In this document: positions 23,765-35,289 of the stretch, in pieces
How the letters are laid out: every line of letters starts with the position of its first letter
Position numbering within the stretch: the stretch's first letter is position 1
From: Ginglymostoma cirratum
Taxonomy: Eukaryota
Direction of reading: 5' to 3'
DNA: 64,000 nucleotides
NCBI GenBank assembly: GCA_024137785.1
Contig: JAHRHZ010000043.1
Span: forward strand, 31,834,813-31,898,812
Made by a program: the position numbers and the translations under genes
Notes under the pieces: generated by a model
The model's database searches: none
The model's input: only the letters and a program-made list of their open reading frames with translations
What the model was told of the DNA's origin: nothing

Positions 23765-24204
23765 AAAATNNNNNNNNNNNNNNNNNNNNNNNNNNNNNNN
23801 NNNNNNNNNNNNNNNNNNNNNNNNNNNNNNNNNNNNNNNNNNNNNNNNNNNNNNNNNNNNNNNNNNNNNNNNNNNNNNNNNNNNNNNNNNNNNNNNNNNN
23901 NNNNNNNNNNNNNNNNNNNNNNNNNNNNNNNNNNNNNNNNNNNNNNNNNNNNNNNNNNNNNNNNNNNNNNNNNNNNNNNNNNNNNNNNNNNNNNNNNNNN
24001 NNNNNNNNNNNNNNNNNNNNNNNNNNNNNNNNNNNNNNNNNNNNNNNNNNNNNNNNNNNNNNNNNNNNNNNNNNNNNNNNNNNNNNNNNNNNNNNNNNNN
24101 NNNNNNNNNNNNNNNNNNNNNNNNNNNNNNNNNNNNNNNNNNNNNNNNNNNNNNNNNNNNNNNNNNNNNTTTCGGGCCTAGACCCTTCTTCAGAAAATCA
24201 TTTT

Positions 24205-24232
24205 CTGAAGAAGGGTCTAGGCCCGAAACGTC
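24205..24232 (+). ncRNA. Minimal hammerhead ribozyme motif
   Basis: CTGAAGA-A-GGGTCTAGGCCC-GAAACGTC. Confidence 0.7.
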
Positions 24233-25319
24233 AGCCTTCCTGCTCCTCTGATGCTGCTTCGCCTGCTGTGCTCGTCCAGCTCTGCACCTTGTTGCATGAT
24301 ATGAGATACTGATTAGCTCGATCGAAGAGTATGATCAATCTTCAAGATGATGAGGCTGCACAAAGTAGAAGGAGTTTGTGTTTAGGCTTACAAGTGGAGC
24401 AAAGTTCAGAAGATCAATGACTATTCTAGTGCTGATAGAATAGAGGTAAAAAAGCATTGTGATGGAGAGGGAGAGGCTAGAAGCTAGAGGTAACGAAAAT
24501 CATCTATCAAGCTAACTAATCTCATTAGTCCTATATTAATGATGAGGAATAACAACAAGCTTCACTTCATTATAAAACTGCATGTAAATGTTCATGTACT
24601 TTAAAAAAAATATTGATTAGATTGTTGCCTACTGTCAGAACTAAGTTGCCTGCTGATATGTCAAGTCAAATTACTTGGATAATCCCATTGCATGATTTAT
24701 GAGGATGCATCTTATTGCCATTACATTAAGAAAATGCACAAAATTACTCAATAAAATGTGACAAAATTACAATAACCGAGCCTCTAGAAAAAAAAACAAT
24801 GATCTGGCGCCTCTATGTAAATAGGGCCAATGCATCACCATGCCAACAGACATGGTTCGGTGCTCGATAATGACTCATTTGAAATTGCATGTAATTTAGT
24901 TACATTTTAACATCTCATAATTAACATTCATGGAGGTCTCCCAGGTTAAATAAATTATGTAGAGGGCAAAATAGGAAGGAAAAGAATCCAAAAGCAGAAA
25001 GAACTATATTGGCAAAGAGGAGAACCTTTATTAAAACAAAGTCTACATTTTTTAAATATAGATTTTACACATGGAATTTTTATGTGCCTGTTAATCTTAA
25101 TGTTTAGATTTTGAAGAGTACAAAACTGCTGGTGGAAATTATTTGCTTGGATTTCTTCAGAATTTCATTCGATTGCTTGTTGTAACTTCCCTGGAGAAAA
25201 AGCATGCTAAGTGTTTATTACAGTTGAGTGCATAGAGTTTCTGACCAAGTTATGGTGGAGGACTGTGAGCAGCTCCTGGAACATCTCCACCATCCCCTGA
25301 CATCCAAGAAATTCAGCTA

Positions 25320-25450
25320 AAATCAAAAAACTGCAGATGCTAGAATCTGAAATAAAAACAGAAAGCACTGGAGAAACTCAGCAGGTTTGGCAGCACCTGT
25401 AGAGAGAGACAAACTCTTGTGTTAACTTCTTGAGTTCTGAAGAAGTGTTG
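25320..25450 (-). mobile_element. Penelope terminus remnant
   Basis: aactgcagatgctagaatctgaaataaaaacagaaagcactggagaaactcagcagg. Confidence 0.7.
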
Positions 25451-25454
25451 GACT

Positions 25455-25809
25455 TCATAGAATCTCTATAATGTGGGAAAGAGGCTATTCAGCCCATTGA
25501 GGTGCACTGATCCTCTGAAGAATATCCCACCCAGACCCAGCCCTCTCACCCTATCCCCATAACCTTGCATTTCCCATGGCTCATCCACCTAGCCTGTACA
25601 TTGCTTGATACTACAGAACAATTTAGCATGGCCAATCCACTTAAACTGCGCGTCTTTGGGCTGTGGGAGGAAACAGGAGCACCTGGAAGAAACCCATACA
25701 GTCACAGGGGGAACATGTCCACATAGACAGTCACCCAAAGATAAAATTAAACCCAGGTCCCTGGCACTGTGAAGCAGCAGTGCTAACCACTGACCTACCA
25801 ATGCCACCC
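25455..25809 (-). mobile_element. HE1-type V-SINE
   Basis: Full-length match to the other copies. Confidence 0.9.
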
Positions 25810-25829
25810 ATGAAATTGAAACTTGAAGC

Positions 25830-26130
25830 ATGACAGCACCTTCCAAATAAGTGACCACTACCACCAGGGAGGACAAGGACAACAGATGGATGAGAATGCC
25901 AGCATCTGCAAGTTCCCACTAAGCCACGTGCCATTCTGACTTGGAAATATATTGCCATTCCTTCCGCATTACTGGGTCTATGTCTTTAAACTCTCTCATT
26001 AAAAGCACAGAATGTGTAGATACACCAGATGCAGCACAGTTAGAATGTCACTCACCAACAAAGACCAACTAAGAATAAACAATATACATTGGCCTTGCCA
26101 GCAATGCTCACATCCTATGAGCGAACAAAA
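25830..26130 (+). mobile_element. L2/CR1-group LINE 3' end
   Basis: ggacaaggacaacagat..ctgcaagttccc..ctgacttggaaatatattgccattcc. Confidence 0.75.
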
Positions 26131-26609
26131 ACAAAACGCTTGATGAGCAATGTTTCCTACAAGTCGTTAAACTTCAGTAGAAGAACAGCCCCTAACATCT
26201 AACCTAAGTCTACTATTATATACCTGGTAAACATAGCCTATTTGGTTGATCTGGTTGTCACACGTCCACACAAATCTAGCCTCTTCATTATTTACTTCAC
26301 AATATAGAGTGGTAATTACAACTTTCTGGAAAATAGTGTTTACCCATGTTTGAGGTAGTTATCACCAAAGCTAGGCCTCAACCCCAGTTGTCATGGGACG
26401 TTAGTCAATGGATGGACATATCCAGGAATCACGTACCATCAGCAACGATTAAATTCTGGGAATTAAATTACACAGAGTAGAACTCACACCATCTGGTCTC
26501 AATCAGATAGATCGCATTTAAAGTGGCAGCTTAGAAATATCTAAAGTTGAAACAGGCACAAAAATTGTTTTCTTTAAATGTCAATCGCTTGTCATGTCTT
26601 CAAAGTCTC

Positions 26610-26842
26610 AGCACATTTAAGGCAGAAATGAGGGGGAATGAGATCTTTCAGAGGGTAATGAATCTGTGGAACAGGGCCAATTAGGCTGAGTCTTTCCATA
26701 CATTCAAAGCTGAGTCAGACAGATTTTTAATCAGGAAGGAATCAAGGTTTTGGGAGAAAAGGCAGGAAAGTAGAGTTGAGGTTTAACAGATCAGCCACGG
26801 AATGTCAGAACATCTTGATGCCCTGAATGGCCTTCTTATGAC
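26610..26842 (+). mobile_element. CR1 3' remnant
   Basis: cagagggtaatgaatctgtggaa..ggcaggaaagtagagttgagg..gatcagcca. Confidence 0.7.
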
Positions 26843-26844
26843 TT

Positions 26845-26965
26845 TGAAATAACTCCACAGAGGCCAGTGTCCCATCACCAAGTCACCCTTTATTTACACA
26901 TGACTTGACTTTAGTTATACCTCATACAGAATCAGGCACCAAAGTGTTAGTCTCTCAAGCCTCTC
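26845..26965 (-). repeat. Partial Gypsy LTR
   Basis: tgaaataactccacagaggccagtgtcccatcaccaagtcaccctttatttacaca matches the LTR end at 36332. Confidence 0.75.
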
Positions 26966-27619
26966 TACGTGAGTTTCAATCTGGAATGTTCTAAAAGTCA
27001 ACTTGGCTGTGAAAGTATACATCAGACTTTAAGGTATTGTCTTACAGCCTGTCTCTGCTCCAACCAACTCCTTGTCCAGATTTGGTTTTGACAGAATGTG
27101 ACAACTCGAAAACATTAGTAAGAAAATTTTTCTGTTGCAGTCCAATCCTGTCCATCCCTAGTGCTCTGTCCGACGCTGTTCCTCTGCTTCCCACCATTCT
27201 CACTTTTTTGGTGGCTCCTGTACCTCGAAATCCCTTGGGTCATCATTTCTATTAGTCCTTCCTTTCCATATTGTTTCCCGCTAACTCCATTTGTTTCCAT
27301 GTGAAAATTATATGATTTCTCTTAATTTCACAGCAGGTCTTCTATTTTCTTCTTTGAAAGGCATTGATATCTGCATGGGGATCCAGACAAAGCAATTGAC
27401 CTTCACTGCCTCATTTAAGTGATGACAAATATTAGCAGGTGCTTTCCAGCCGAGGGTGGCATCATAGTGAATTCTATTCCTGTTCCTGTCAGATACCCGC
27501 TTCTGCTTATTCACAGTTGCCTGTTTTTCTCTAACTACCCAGGGGCCTGAACTAACTGGAGTGCATCTAATGATTGACTGAACACATACTTAAATTTAAC
27601 CTTACCATGACATTTTTTA

Positions 27620-28830
27620 ATACAGTCATGTGATATGGCTGTTGCTAACTGGACCACCATTTATTGCCCCTCTCTTGTTACCCTTAAAATGTGGGTGGTG
27701 AGCTGCTTTCTTGAACTGCTGCATGCTATTAGGTGTGGGTTGACACATAATTTCCTGGTTTGGGCGTTCTATGATTTGTCCCAGTGACAGTGAAGGAATG
27801 GTGGTATACTTCAAAGTCAGGATGATGTGTGGCTTGGAGGGGAAAATGTAGATGTTGGTCATCCCATTTATCTGCTGCTCTAGTCCTTCTAGATGGTAGT
27901 GATTGTTGGTTTGGAAGATGCTGTCTAAGGAGCCTTGGTGAGTTGCTACAGTGCATCTTATAGATAGAATACACTGCTGTTACTGAGCATTGGTATTGGA
28001 AAAAGTGGACGTTTGTGGATCTGGTGCCAATCAAGCGGGCTGCTTTGTCCTGGATGGTGTCAAGCTTTTTGTTTTCTTCATTCATGGGATGAGGGCATCA
28101 CTGGCTAGGCCTGACATTTATTGTCCATCCCTAATTGCCCAAAGGGGCAGTTAAGAGGCTACCAAGTTGTGAGGGTCCGAAATCACATGTACACCAGATA
28201 AAGTAAAAATAGCAGTGTACTATCCTAAAGGACTTGAGTGAACCAGATGGTTTTTTTCCTGACAATCAATAATGAATTTGTGGTCCAGACGGTTTTTATT
28301 GAATCCAAATTCTACCATTCGCTGTAGTGGGATTTGAACCCTGGTCCTGGGTCTCTGGATTAACAGTGGCTGATAATACCATTAGGCCAGTGCCTTCCTG
28401 TTCTTGAGTATTATTGGAGCTGCACTCATCCAGCCAAATGAGTATTCCATCACACTCGTTGCTTGTGCCTTGTAGATGGTAAACAGGCTTTGGGGAGTCA
28501 GGAGGTGAGTTATTCCCTGCAAGATTCATAGCTTCTGACCTCCCCTCATAGCCAGTATTTAAACGGCTGGTCCAGTTCAGTCTCTGGTCAATGATAACAC
28601 CGAGGATGACAATAGTTGAGGGTTGGGTTTGGAGCTTGGGAGGTGGGGGGTGCGTAGGGTTGAACAATGGTAATGTACCTGAATGTCAAAGGCTGATGGT
28701 TAATTCTCTCTTGTTGATGAAAACTGTTGTCTGGCAATAATGTAGAGTGAACAATAATAGCCACTTGGGTCAGCCAAAACCTAAGTACTGTCCACATCTT
28801 GGTACTTTTGGACAAAGCCTACTTCAGTAT
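27620..28830 (-). mobile_element. L2/CR1-group LINE 3' portion with nested SINE
   Basis: ILGVIIDQRLNWTS and KKLDTIQDKAARLIG..SIYKMHCSNSPRLL. Confidence 0.88.
28072..28400 (-). mobile_element. tRNA-derived SINE with LINE tail, nested in its partner LINE
   Basis: Homologous to 13556-13912; LINE sequence resumes after it. Confidence 0.8.
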
Positions 28831-29749
28831 CTTACTTAACTGCTCATTGCTAAATATGTAGGAAAAGAACTGTGAGATGATATGACAGACGGAGGTAGGT
28901 TTAGTGCGCACTCCTCTGTACCTTGAATAAGTTCAGACCAGTTTCACAATTCAGAGGAGATGAATTCTGTCCTGTTTTCCCCTAACGCTCTCTGCTGTTC
29001 TGTCTGTCACTGTAAGAGTAGGTGATACTTTAAAACATGACCACACTGGTGGAGAGTACAATATCAAACCATAGATTTACCACCTCCAGTCTCAATTCTA
29101 TCTTTCTCTTATTTGCACAGGTGCTCATAAGAACCAAACAGCCCATGGCTTTCATTAGTATTTTACTTGCTCTTGCGATGGGTAGAGTGGAGCATTACTG
29201 AAAACCCACATTATTAACTTTCCCACATACTGAGGTGACGATGAACTGATCACATTGACATTGCAACTACTGTCTTTCTAAAGAAGGCCTCAGAGGTCTC
29301 TCGATATGAAATAAGAATCACATACGGAGAGATCATTTGGAAATGGTTGTTCACCTGTCTGAAGAATGCTGTCCTTCCTTTTCCCAGTGGCAGTCTAGGA
29401 ATGACCTGATTCATTAAATGAATGGGTTTAAGAAAGAAATCTATGTGTGGAGTAAGGGGTTAATGTAAATGGTGTAACTAATGATGGAAAGATGTTAAAA
29501 GTAACAAACTGCACAGAAGGATCCATTTGTACCTGGGTAGACATAGCACTAATCAAGAATTCAGAAATATATTCAGTGTGAATAAAGAGTTAGAATTACT
29601 TTACCCTTGGCTATGTTCCAATTACTAGTGGAGCGAAGGAGTAAAAGCCCATCATGCAATGAATACTAAGAGAACAGGAACACACTAAGCCAGATACTTG
29701 TAACAAGACAGACCATTATAGATTGCACAGCTAGCTCTGCAACCACTCA

Positions 29750-30198
29750 GAGATACAGCACAGAAACAGACCTTTCTGTCCAACCAGTCCATGCCAACCA
29801 TAATCCCTTACCTAGTCCCATCTGCCTGCACATGGCCCATATCCCTCCAAACATTTTTTATTAATGTACTTGTCTAAATGTCTTTTAAATGTTGTAATTG
29901 TACCCTCATCCACCACTTCCTCTGGAAGTTCATTCCACACACAAACCATTCGTGCATAAAAAAAACCTCTCAAGTCTTTCTTAAACCTTTCTGTTCTCAC
30001 CTTAAAAATATAGTCTCTGGGCTTGAAATCCCCCACCCTCGTGGAAAGACACCTGCCATTCACCTTATCTATATTCCTCATGATTTTAAAAGCCTCTAAG
30101 TGGTTACCTCTCAACCTCCTACACTCCAGAGAAAAAAAGTCCCAGCCTACCCAGCCTCTCCTTCTTCAAATCCTCCATTCCCAGCAACATCCTGGTAA
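29750..30198 (-). mobile_element. CR1 LINE 3' end
   Basis: LEAFKIMR..FFYARMVCVWNELPEEVV..FKRHLD. Confidence 0.9.
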
Positions 30199-30339
30199 AA
30201 GTCAGGAAGAAAAGGGAGGACAAATGGCTCCAATTTTTTTAGGCCAAATTAGATCCCAACAAAAATTTGCAGGATCCAGCCTGGGACTTGTTTATTTCTT
30301 TAAAAAACCTTCAGCTGTGAAGTGAGAAAGCAAGGGAGA

Positions 30340-30800
30340 AAGACTTGCATTTCTTTTAGCCTTTCACAACCTTGAGACCCCAAGTTGCATTCCAGCCAAT
30401 GAAGTCCTTCTGAAGAGAACCTACTGTTGCAGTTTAAAAGATACATGTACACAAGGTCCTATGAATAGCAACAAGATATTAACCAGTTTATCTGTTTGCC
30501 ACGAGACAGCAAGAACTGCAGATGCTGGAGCCAGAGATAACAGTGTTGAGCGAGAGGAACACACCAGGCCAGGCAGCAGAGGAGCAGGAAAGTTGACGTC
30601 AACTTCCTTGTTCCTCTGATGTTGCCTGGCCTGCTGTGTTCCTCCAGCTCCACACTACGTTATATCTGTTTGCTGTGTTGTTTGAGGCACCAAAGAGAAT
30701 TCCCTCACCATTCTTCAGCCTGGATCCTATGAGTTGACACCTGAAATGAGGTGTCAACCAGTTTACTCCAGAGTAAGTTATGCTACTGCAGAGCCATGCC
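30340..30800 (-). mobile_element. Old Deu-domain SINE split by a hairpin element
   Basis: gacttgcattt..agcctttcacaacctt tail; SINE resumes after 30673. Confidence 0.55.
30500..30662. mobile_element. Penelope-terminus hairpin element with 11 bp TSD
   Basis: Centre ggaaagttgacgtcaacttcc; tatctgtttgc at 30489-30499 and 30663-30673. Confidence 0.85.
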
Positions 30801-32074
30801 TGACAGAACTGTGTTTGCTCACTGCTAGTGGAACTCTTTTAAAACCTGCTTGAGAAGTCCCTTAAAAGAGGCAGGGACATTGGAGAAATGAACCTTTTGC
30901 AAAAAGACCAGGCAGGAAGAACAAAATCAATGACCTTCCCCCTTCAGCTGACTGCCTGAAACTTCACACTCAATGTTTACAACAGCCATTGATTGACCAG
31001 GACAGACAGGCGCCAGCTAATTTCAAAGTCTGCATTTATAGTGCCACTGTGACAACAAATTAACTTGGTTGGCAAATCGCTGGTAAGAAACTGGCCAGTC
31101 AAATTGGAGATATAACAGCAGGGGATGACTGGCAATTAATAAGTTGGAACTGAACAGCTGCAAATGTTCTGCTAAATTGGTGCATTGAGAATTTCATTAT
31201 TGATGTAGATGCTGTTCATTTCCAAGGAAGTGAGAGTCACAGTCAGAGTTTGAATGAGTTGAGTTCACTTGCAGTGAATATTGGAACTTGGGTTGTAACT
31301 TTTCTCCTTTGTTTACGATGGAATTCTCTCTCAGGTGTTTGAAAAATGGATGAACTTACGCACAATGATGTTTTTGAATTGTTCAACAGAACAGAATCAG
31401 GTACTATGGACTTGCAATTTCTCAGTTCCAGCATGTAGATTTCATGATGATACATGGGGCTTGTGCATTTTATAATGCACCTGCAGTGTTGCCACACGAA
31501 GATTTCTGTCTTTCAGCTCATGTAATCACAGTGCACATTGTCACTCGAGCCCGAATCTAACTCCGGGTAAAAGTGCTATGAGTATCGCTGGAATTTCTTC
31601 CAACACTTTTCCCTGTTCCCACAATCATAGTGAAACAACTTTAAACTGGAACCTTTATCATACGGTCTATGTCATGTTGGAGGCAAATCTATGCGTGGGG
31701 AGGCTGTGTTGGGTAGGGAAGGGCAGCTTAAAATGAGTGCTAGTGATTGTCCACTTTGCTCTTTACCTGATGGGGCAAAATACAGATTGGTTGCATATTT
31801 GTCACTGTACATTTATGGCTACCACCTAAAATTAGCAAATTTAATTTATCCAGGGAATGTCCCTGGCTAGGCCAGCAGGTGGTATTTATTGTCCATCTCT
31901 AACTGCCCTTGAGAAAGTGTTTAGCTCCTTTCTCATGCTGTGGAATCCATTAGGTTAGCTACAAATTCAATGCTGTGAGGATGGATTTTCCAAGATCTTG
32001 AACAAATAAAACATTTTAGAATGCCAAAGAGTCTCAGGGTGTCAGCTCTTTGATGGGGTGATGGGGTGGCATGA

Positions 32075-32512
32075 TGCCAGTCAGAAACTCAAGGAGCAGC
32101 ACCTCATTCTGCCTTCGCAGCCTACGACCCAACGCTCTAAATATGGACTTCATTTCAAAATCTCCCCACCCCTGGCCTCATCCCATGACCAACTCTCCCT
32201 CTCATCCCTGCCTCCTTGACCTGACACAACCTGTTCATCTTCTCTCCCACCTAACCGCCCCTCCCACCTCACTGACCAATCCCCACCACTCCCTACCTGC
32301 ATTCACCTACCACCATCCTGCCTATCTTTCCCAACCCCACCCCTCCTCTCTGATTATTTCCCTTTTCCCTTCCCCCTCCCATTTCTGAAGAAGGGTCCAG
32401 ACCCGAAACGTCAACTTTCCTGTTCCTCTGATGCTGCCTGGCCTGCTGTGTTCCTCCAGCTCCACACTGTGTTATCTCTGACTCCAGCATCGGCAGTTCT
32501 TACTATCTCTGA
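32075..32512 (+). mobile_element. Penelope 3' fragment with terminal repeat and TSD
   Basis: ggagcagcacctcattc..acccaacg; gtgatggggt(g/a)gca at 32058-32071 and 32513-32526. Confidence 0.88.
32385..32412 (+). ncRNA. Minimal hammerhead ribozyme motif
   Basis: CTGAAGA-A-GGGT CCAG ACCC-GAAA-CG-TC with a perfect stem II. Confidence 0.72.
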
Positions 32513-32959
32513 GTGATGGGGTAGCAGTAGTTTTCCAGTCAGAATTGTGTGCTTGGAGGAGAACCTGTAGATGGCACTGCTCCAGTTATCATCTGCCCTG
32601 TTCTAAGTTGGAGAGATCACAGGTTTGGAAGGCGCTGTTAAAGGAGCATTTGTGAGTTGTTACAATGCATCTTGCATATAGTACACACTGAGACCAAACT
32701 GTGTCTGTCAATGATGGAGGAAATGAATGTTTAAGATGGCGACTTGTCCTAGATGGTATTAAGCTTTTTGAATGTTGTTGGAACTGCCTTCATTTCAGGC
32801 AAGTGGAGAGTACTCCTTATAATCCTGAACTATTCCTTGTGAGGTGAGTTATTTACTGCAGAATTCCCAGACTCTCTTTCGCCCCCAATATTCTTCAGAT
32901 TACTAATTGCTCCCTTTTTCTTTCAACCAGTGGAAAACTTGAACTGCTTGTCGTAGTCT

Positions 32960-34455
32960 CAGAGATCGCAAGAACTGCAGATGCTGGAGTCAGACACAAC
33001 ACAGTAGGCAGTTAGAGGATCACAGCAGGCCAGGCAGCATCAGAGGAGCAGACAAGTTGATGTTTACGGTCAAGATCCTTCTTCAGAAATGGGGAGGGGG
33101 AAGGGAGCTGGGAAATAGAGAGGGGAGGGGTGGGGCTGGGGAAGGTAGGTGGGATGGTGATAGGTGAATGCAGGTGGGGATTGGTCAGTGAGGTGGGTGG
33201 GGTGGATAGCTGGGAGAGAAGATGGACAGGTTGTGTCAGGTCAAGGAGGCAGGGATGAGAGGGAGAGTTGGTCATGGGATGAGGTTGGGGATGGGGAGAT
33301 TTTAAAACTGGTGAATTCCATGTTTAGGCCATTGGGCTGTAGGCTGCCAAGGTGGAATATGAGATGCTGCTCCTCCAGTTTGTGGGTGGTGTCGTTGTGA
33401 CACTGGAGGAGGCCCAGGATGGACATGTCACACAGGGAGTGGGAAGGGGAGTTAAACTGGTTGGTGACTGGAAGGTGTTATTGTTTGTTGTATACAGAGT
33501 ACAGACGCTCTACAAAATGGCCTCCAAGTCTATGCTTGGTCTCACCGATGTAGAAGAGGCCACATCAGGAGCAGCGATGCAATAGACCACATTGACGGAT
33601 GCGCACGTGAACCTTTGTCTAATGTGGAAGGTTTGTTTTGTGCCTTGAATGGAGGTGAGGCGGGAGGTGTAGGGGCAGGTGTAGCACTTCCTGCGGTTGC
33701 TGGGAAATGTGGCGGGGTTCATGGGGAGTGTTGAGCAGGTGAGGGAGTCACGGAGAGAGTGGTCTCTACAAAAGGCAGATCAAGGTGAGGAGGGAAATAT
33801 CTCTTTGGTTGTGTGGTTGGGTGGTTGGTGGTGGAAGTGGCGGAGAATGATACATTGGATGAGGAGGTTGGTGGAGTGATATGTGAAGACAAGGGGTATT
33901 CTGTCTTTATTTTTGTTGGGAGGAGGGGTTGTGAGGGCAGGAATGCAGGAAATGCAAGAGATGCGGTTGAGGGCATTTTCAATCACCACAGGGGGAAGTT
34001 GCGGTCCTTGAAATAGGAAAACATCTGGGATGTGTGGGAGTGGAAAACCCCATCGTGGGAGCAGATGCGGGAGGAATTGTGAGTATGGGATCATATTCTT
34101 GAGGAAGGTGGGTGAGAGGAGGTGTAGTTCAGGTAGCTGTGGGAGTCGGTGGGCTTGAAATAGATGTCAGTTTTGAGGCGGTCAACAGAATTGGAGACGG
34201 AGAGCTCCAAGAAGGGGAGCGATGTACTGGAGATGGTCCAGGTGAATTTGAGGTTGGAGTGAAACGTTTTAGTAAAGTTGATGAACTGTTCAACCTCCTC
34301 ATGGGAGCACAAGGCAGTGCCGATACAGTCATCGACGTTGAGGAGGAAGAGATGGGGTGTAGTGCCAGTGTAACAGTGGAAAAGGATTGTTCCACGTATC
34401 CTAGGAAGAGACAGGCATAGCTTGGTCTTATGTGGGTGCCCATGGCCACCCCTGA
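32960..34455 (-). mobile_element. Penelope-like retroelement, 5'-truncated (RT C-half plus GIY-YIG), frameshifted
   Basis: GVAMGTHIRPSYACLFLGYVEQS; LKFTWTISSTSLPFL; TDIYFKPTDSHSYL; RIPLVFTYH; FTCASVNVVYCI. Confidence 0.95.
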
Positions 34456-35099
34456 AAGAAAGTGTTGTACCAGTGATCCCATGTACATTTCTTACTCTTT
34501 GGTAAGGACTTAGATAAAACAGTCTTTGTGAACTTTCAAAATGATTGAAGCAAATGTTTGCTTCCCCATTTTAGATCGCCAAAGAGTCTCAGGGGGTCAT
34601 CTCTTTGAATACTTGCAAGGTTATTTTGTTTCAAAAGGTGATTGTAGCTTTTGTGCACATATCTTGTGTGCACCATACAGGACACCATCTTGGGTGGGAG
34701 ATTCATACATGTGCGGGGAATTTCCACGGAAAGTGTGGGAATTGGCAGATCAAAAAGTCAAACATTGTGTGTTTGATGCCAGTTGAAGCTTCATCCTGAA
34801 GCCAGCAGCCCCTCTTAAAGACAGACATGTTCAGGAGCAGGGTGGACCCATAAAAACCTGGTAAGGGAATAATGAACCTCCTTCAGGTTAGTCACTGATT
34901 CGTTGCTACTGGCTTTTTCAAAGTCTTTAGTGGAATGTCTAGTTACTGAAATTTGTTGAAGTCTGAATAAGAATTCTGCGCAAACCACTTGCTCACAGGC
35001 ATATGTGCAGAAGAAAACATTCCCCTTCAGATACAGCATGACTGGAAGAACAAATAGAGACAGCAAAGAGCAGGACAAGTTCCTGGAAGAAGGAAGAGA

Positions 35100-35280
35100 A
35101 GTAGAGGAAGAATGTTCATCGATAGGATGGACATCAATGTCCATCCAGTATTCAGAGGGATATTTTCCAATCTGAATCTCTGTCAGTAACAGTGTGTTGA
35201 TTTTCTCTTGCCTCAGCAAGGAGACCTTCGCTGAAATCTGCCAACTGATGTCACCACAATGGCAACATGAAGCCTGGCGA
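35100..35280 (+). mobile_element. Harbinger (HARBI1-like) transposase N-terminal remnant
   Basis: PVFRGIFSNLNLCQ*QC..(frameshift)LSKETFAEICQLMSPQ. Confidence 0.55.
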
Positions 35281-35289
35281 GGATAAAAT

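Larger units (their letters stand above)
23640..24290. mobile_element. Young Penelope-terminus hairpin element with two inverted hammerheads and 16 bp TSD; spans a 400-N gap
   Basis: Near-perfect inverted arms; gttgcatgatatgaga at 23624-23639 and 24291-24306. Confidence 0.9.
31860..32875 (-). mobile_element. L2/CR1-group LINE remnant hosting a Penelope fragment
   Basis: Tail at 31860-31940; caatgcatcttg..gcaagtggagagtactcc at 32660-32820. Confidence 0.7.

Noticed and set aside
29121-29330. Ig/TCR leader exon followed by a V exon
   Set aside because: Downstream sequence has stops, no conserved Cys/Trp framework and no recombination signal sequence.
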